Source: an uncultured Flavobacterium sp.
GTDB taxonomy: Bacteria > Bacteroidota > Bacteroidia > Flavobacteriales > Flavobacteriaceae
NCBI GenBank assembly: GCA_937773775.1
Contig: CALJVL010000019.1
Location: forward strand, 40,862 to 104,861
DNA length: 64,000 nucleotides
Direction: 5' to 3'
Shown here piece after piece: positions 59,907 to 64,000 of the stretch. A program made the translations under genes and the position numbers. Positions within the stretch are counted from its first letter, which is position 1; each line of letters begins with the position of its first letter. Under the pieces are notes generated by a model that ran no database searches, was not told the origin of the DNA, and saw only the letters and a program-made list of their open reading frames with translations.

Positions 59907-61440
59907 TCAAGGTGTATGTAAAATCTTAAATCCCCTTGGTTCATAAGCATTAGTCCGTATCTTATATGTAACGATAGAATGATCGTATAGGGCTACAAAA
60001 ACATCCTCAACTATCCTAAAATCAGTCATTTTTTGATTTAAAAGATTAGGAACATAAAAACTAAATAAATAGGTATTTTTCATAAAATCATAGACATCAA
60101 TTATGGATGATTTATCCCACATCTCTTCCGTTTCATAACGCCCCATTAGACCGGCATGAACAAAAAGATAATTACCAAAAGTTGCTGTTCTTTTATTTAC
60201 TATGATAGGTGGAGCGCTTAGCTTACTTTGATTTTTTGAATAAATAGTAGTTACTTTAATTTGCGCTCGACTGATTGTATCTATAGTATGGCCTTGAATT
60301 ACTAAATTTAAGCTATCATCACATACGAGATACTCATTACGATAATAGTAAGTATACAGAACCTTTTTTAATTGCTCATTATATATTAAATTACCATCGG
60401 TATCAAAAATACCATCAATTTGCTTTTCCAATAGCTGCGATGCTAATCTCACTTTAATCGTATCCGTAATTGTTATAGTTCCTAAAACATTTTCATGATT
60501 TTTACTGCTTATGGAACTAATAGAAAAAGACTCCTTATTTAGTGGCTCTCCTTTTACAAAATAAACTTTATTGTGCATCCATAAATTAGCTTTCCAATCG
60601 GTAAGACTACCTCTAAAAATGCAAGGAACGGTACCGTCCATCAAATAAAAATACGGGGATTGGACACATACTTGTACAGAACGAAAAGGAAGGTTAGATT
60701 TGGAAAGTCTTATAACATAACTTTTTTTCGTTTGTAACCCAATGTCGATTACTATGACATGAAGAGGTGCCTCATAATTGCCTAGATAAACTTTGTTCTT
60801 CTCGATTCCGGCAATATAGAAGGGACGGATGTTTTAAATCTAATTCATTAATTTTTGTAATTGGATGATGAGGAAAACGACGAATAAAGTTATTGCGATG
60901 ATGAGTAATATCTTCCGATAATAAAAAAATTATCACGACAACAGCAATACTGCTCAATAAGATGATAGAGACCGTTCCAAAAGTTCTATTATAATGATTC
61001 TTAGAAGCAACATTTTTTGGATTAAATAGTAACAGCATTATACCCGTAAATGCCAGTAGCACGAATAAAATATTAAACACCAAATGCTCAGTCCAATCTA
61101 AATTTTCAAGTATTCCTCCACAAGAGCAAGGAATAGAAGAACTATAATTCAAGATAATGATAATGTATGTAGTAAACATAATCATTAGGCTAAAAGCTGC
61201 AAATAGCCCTACTAACCGATATCTTGGAATAAGCAACAATAAGGCTATGAGTAGTTCCACAAGTGGTACGCCCCAAGAAACCGATCCTGCAAAAGCACTT
61301 AGTAATGGTGACTGTCCCAGTTGCACTTGAAAGTTCTCAAAATCCAATATTTTACTCACTGCAGCATAAACAAAAAGCAGTATATACAACAGACAAATTA
61401 CCTCTAATATTCCCTTCTTTATTGCTGCACTTACTTTCAT
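59907..61440 (-). pseudogene. MauE/DoxX-family membrane protein with large extracytoplasmic domain, split by a +1 frameshift
   Basis: LFVYAAVSK, IPCSCGG; removing one G from 60822-60824 joins ...HPSFYIAGIEKNKVYLGNY... to ORF 59907-60644. Confidence 0.8.
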
Positions 61441-61694
61441 ATCTGTTCTTTTATTGGATTAAACCGAATGAATTCTAAATGTTCACAACTTTGAAGTTTC
61501 TCTGGATTTGGATTTAAAAGATTCAAAGTATTTCCGATTATTTAAAACAATCATTCTTAAATACTTACCAAAATTACAGCCGTTTTTTTGGAAACATGGT
61601 TTGAAAATCAAGCCAAAATATTTGAAAATAAAGCCATTTTTCGAATAATGAATGGAAACAACAATTACTCTTAGAACCAAAGATGATTAAAACC

Positions 61695-61737
61695 AAAGAA
61701 TGCCAAATAAACAAGATTAGTTTACTTGGCATTCTTT
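61695..61737 (-). terminator. Probable terminator
   Basis: AAAGAATGCCAA...TTGGCATTCTTT after the 61761-62054 gene. Confidence 0.55.
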
Positions 61738-61760
61738 TAGTTTCTATTTAATAATCCATT

Positions 61761-62054
61761 CTACTTCGTGGTTCCACTCAACGCATTTAGTTTTTCACTT
61801 AGTTCTATCAGCCCAGCTTTTAAGAGACACTCCCCTCCTAACGACCTCAACTCTTCCAAATTTTCTTCTGGAACACTTGTCAATAAGTTTGATGCTTTAT
61901 CATCTACTTTAGCCAATAATCCACGTTCAATAACATGGTTTAATAACAATACATTTTTACGGGAGATTTTCAAATCAATCTTCACCAGCTCATTCATACC
62001 AGGGATACTAAGGATCGTATCAAAAACCTGGGCTACTTCATTTGTTGTCAGCAT
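61761..62054 (-). CDS. Conserved hypothetical ICE protein
   Basis: VAQVFDTILSIPGMNELVKIDLKISRKNVLLL; next to the mob region. Confidence 0.7.
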   Translation of the reverse strand: MLTTNEVAQVFDTILSIPGMNELVKIDLKISRKNVLLLNHVIERGLLAKVDDKASNLLTSVPEENLEELRSLGGECLLKAGLIELSEKLNALSGTTK

Positions 62055-62209
62055 AATCTTCTCGTTTTAAATTAGTAATTCATTACTCCAAAAATAAGAA
62101 GCTTGCTTCAATTTATCCTAGTCAAAATATGATGAGGATTGGACAAAGGATTTAGCTTTTTTACTTTAGTAAGCGGAATCTGAATTATGAACCTGATAAA
62201 ATGTATGTT

Positions 62210-63113
62210 ATGAATTTCAGCAACGATAGCTTTTCGATAAAGCAAGCCAAAGCAATAGATTTAGTTAATTACTTAAAGTCGTTGGGTTTTGAACCCAAAA
62301 AAAATCAGGCGCGATGACTACTGGTACCTATCTCCATTGAGAGATGAAAAAGAAGCTTCCTTTAAAATTAATCGCAGATTAAATCGTTGGTATGACCACG
62401 GCCTTGGCAAAGGCGGAAACTTGGTCGATTTTTGTATCGAATTTTACAAGTGTAGCATTCCTGAATTACTAAACAACTTAAGTGGAAATCTTTCTCTTCA
62501 ACAGTCAATAGTTTATCCCATAGAAAATAGTGTTCAACAAGAACCTAAAATTAAAATTATAGAAGTGACTACGCTTACTTCTTATCCGCTATTACGCTAT
62601 CTCGAACAGCGTACTATTCCAGTTGCAATTGCACAACAGTTTTGCAATGAAGTTCACTACAATTTAAATGATAAGTCGTACTACGGAATTGGTTTCAAAA
62701 ATGATTTGGGCGGCTATGAAATTCGCAACCCTTATTTCAAAACAACAGCTTCGCCTAAGGGAATAACCACCTGTGAAAATGGTAGTAATGAGGTAGTTGT
62801 TTTTGAAGGCTTTTTTGACTATTTATCCTTTAAAGCGATGACCAAAAACCTTCCTGAAAACAGTCAGAATTTTGTCATTTTAAACTCTGTTTCTTTTTTC
62901 GAAAGAGCACGTCCTTTTATGGAAAAACATGAATCCATTCGGCTTTATCTTGACCGGGATGAAACGGGACAAAGCTATACGAAGCGTGCACTTTCTCTGA
63001 GTACAAAATACAAAGATGAAAGCAACCTCTATCAAAACTATAATGACCTCAACGACTGGGCAATGAATTTTGGAAAATCAAAGAAAATTAATTTACGGCA
63101 AAAAAATAGCTAG
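62210..63113 (+). CDS. TOPRIM-domain DNA primase (conjugative element); +1 frameshift near the 5' end
   Basis: MNFSNDSFSIKQAKAIDLVNYLKSLGFEP joins KKIRRDDYWYLSPLR if one A is removed from A8 at 62297-62304; VFEGFFDYLS and LYLDRDETG TOPRIM motifs. Confidence 0.82.
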
Positions 63114-63205
63114 TTCCTACTCCAATCTTCACTGTAAATCATAACTATTCTACATACCACCAAAAAAACGACTTCAATAATCAATGCCATTATAATTAGC
63201 TAAAA

Positions 63206-63290
63206 GATTGCCACGTTCCTGCAATCGGCAAGATGTCCGGTTGTTAAACAACCGAATCTTGCTGCCCATTCACTCGGAACTCGTGGGCAG
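63206..63290. other. Putative oriT region
   Basis: Three adjacent inverted repeats (GATTGC/GCAATC; GCAAGAT-CGGTTGTT/AACAACCG-ATCTTGC; CTGCCCA/TGGGCAG) directly upstream of mobC-relaxase. Confidence 0.55.
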
Positions 63291-63336
63291 TGAGACTGAA
63301 AAGACAAAAAGAGTTCAGTAATGAATAAAATGAGAG

Positions 63337-63729
63337 ATGATGGAAAGAGAAAATTCAAAAAGAACACGTATTGTCGGTTTACGATTTACGCCAGAAGAGT
63401 ATGCAAAAATTGAACGCAAATGGAAAACCAGTACCTGCAGGAAGCTGAGTGACTACATTCGCAAACACCTATTCAACAAACCTATTACTACTAATTACCG
63501 TAACCAATCCCTAGACGATTTTATGGCAGAAATGATGCGTCTAAGAGGAGAACTGAACGCTATTGGAAACAACTTTAATCAGGCTGTAAAAAAGTTACAT
63601 ACTCTGAATCAGATTTCCGATTTTAAGCACTGGCTCATCAGTTATGAGTTGGAGAAAAAAATACTTTTTAATAAGGTGGATGAAATAAAAAAACAGATTC
63701 AAAAAATAGCAGAATCATGGTTGCAATAA
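63337..63729 (+). CDS. mobC: Relaxosome accessory protein MobC-like (RHH)
   Basis: VGLRFTPEEY...LSDYIR...ELNAIGNNFNQAVKKLH. Confidence 0.85.
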   Translation: MMERENSKRTRIVGLRFTPEEYAKIERKWKTSTCRKLSDYIRKHLFNKPITTNYRNQSLDDFMAEMMRLRGELNAIGNNFNQAVKKLHTLNQISDFKHWLISYELEKKILFNKVDEIKKQIQKIAESWLQ

Positions 63730-64000
63730 TCAAAACGGGACATTCCATCCATCGGATTTTAAACTATAATGAAAACAAAGTGCAGCAAGGTGTAGCGGAC
63801 TGTATTGGAGCTGGAAATTACCCAGTCGATTTTGAAAAAATGGTCTTTACAATGAAACTAAACCGCTTTTTGAAACAGGCTGATTTAAATGAAAATGTAA
63901 AACGAAACAGTGTGCATATTTCGCTCAATTTTGATGTGACGGAAAAGGGAATTTCAAAAGAGAAACTGATGGAAATAGCAGATACCTATATGGAGAAAAT
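63717..64000 (+). CDS. Relaxase/mobilization nuclease, partial
   Basis: MVAIIKTGHSIHRILNYNENKV...VKRNSVHISLNFD; overlaps mobC and runs off the window. Confidence 0.88.
   Translation, partial: MVAIIKTGHSIHRILNYNENKVQQGVADCIGAGNYPVDFEKMVFTMKLNRFLKQADLNENVKRNSVHISLNFDVTEKGISKEKLMEIADTYMEK

Larger units (their letters stand above)
17343..64000. mobile_element. Integrative conjugative element (Bacteroidota conjugative transposon type) at the tRNA-Ser 3' end; right end outside the window
   Basis: Integrase next to the tRNA, excisionase, traE-traN, primase, mobC and relaxase. Confidence 0.9.

Overview
Flavobacterium-like (Bacteroidota) chromosome. Positions 1-17.1 kb are core genes: FAD-linked oxidase, a GHL10/AmpG-like/GH3 cluster, nhaC, ahpC-trx-tpx, dgkA-ftsK-lolA-lptF/G-ribB(X). 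From tRNA-Ser(TGA) at 17255 to beyond the window end lies an integrative conjugative element (ICE): tyrosine integrase, excisionase, traE-N operon, RteC/AraC regulators, about 30 kb of cargo, then primase, oriT-like hairpins, mobC and relaxase. The main observation is in the cargo. About 38.4-51.1 kb looks like an integron-like gene-cassette array on the minus strand. Units open with a GTT-containing core, and four close with that core's own reverse complement followed by a ~120-bp attC-like repeat. No integron integrase lies next to the array. An IS1182 element and two IS-end remnants sit at the same ACGT of these cores. Cassette cargo includes a DUF4297-HerA anti-phage pair, a GT32 + GT25-GH16 pair bounded by a second REP-like repeat, and a HEPN-motif protein. 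Other cargo: a HipBST-like toxin-antitoxin module, a histone H1-like gene, and an XRE / structured leader / SusC-SusD-S9 peptidase locus facing a MauE-like gene and a secreted 4-Cys peptide. Four genes carry +1 homopolymer frameshifts that may be sequencing errors. All family calls are by-eye recognition, not database results.
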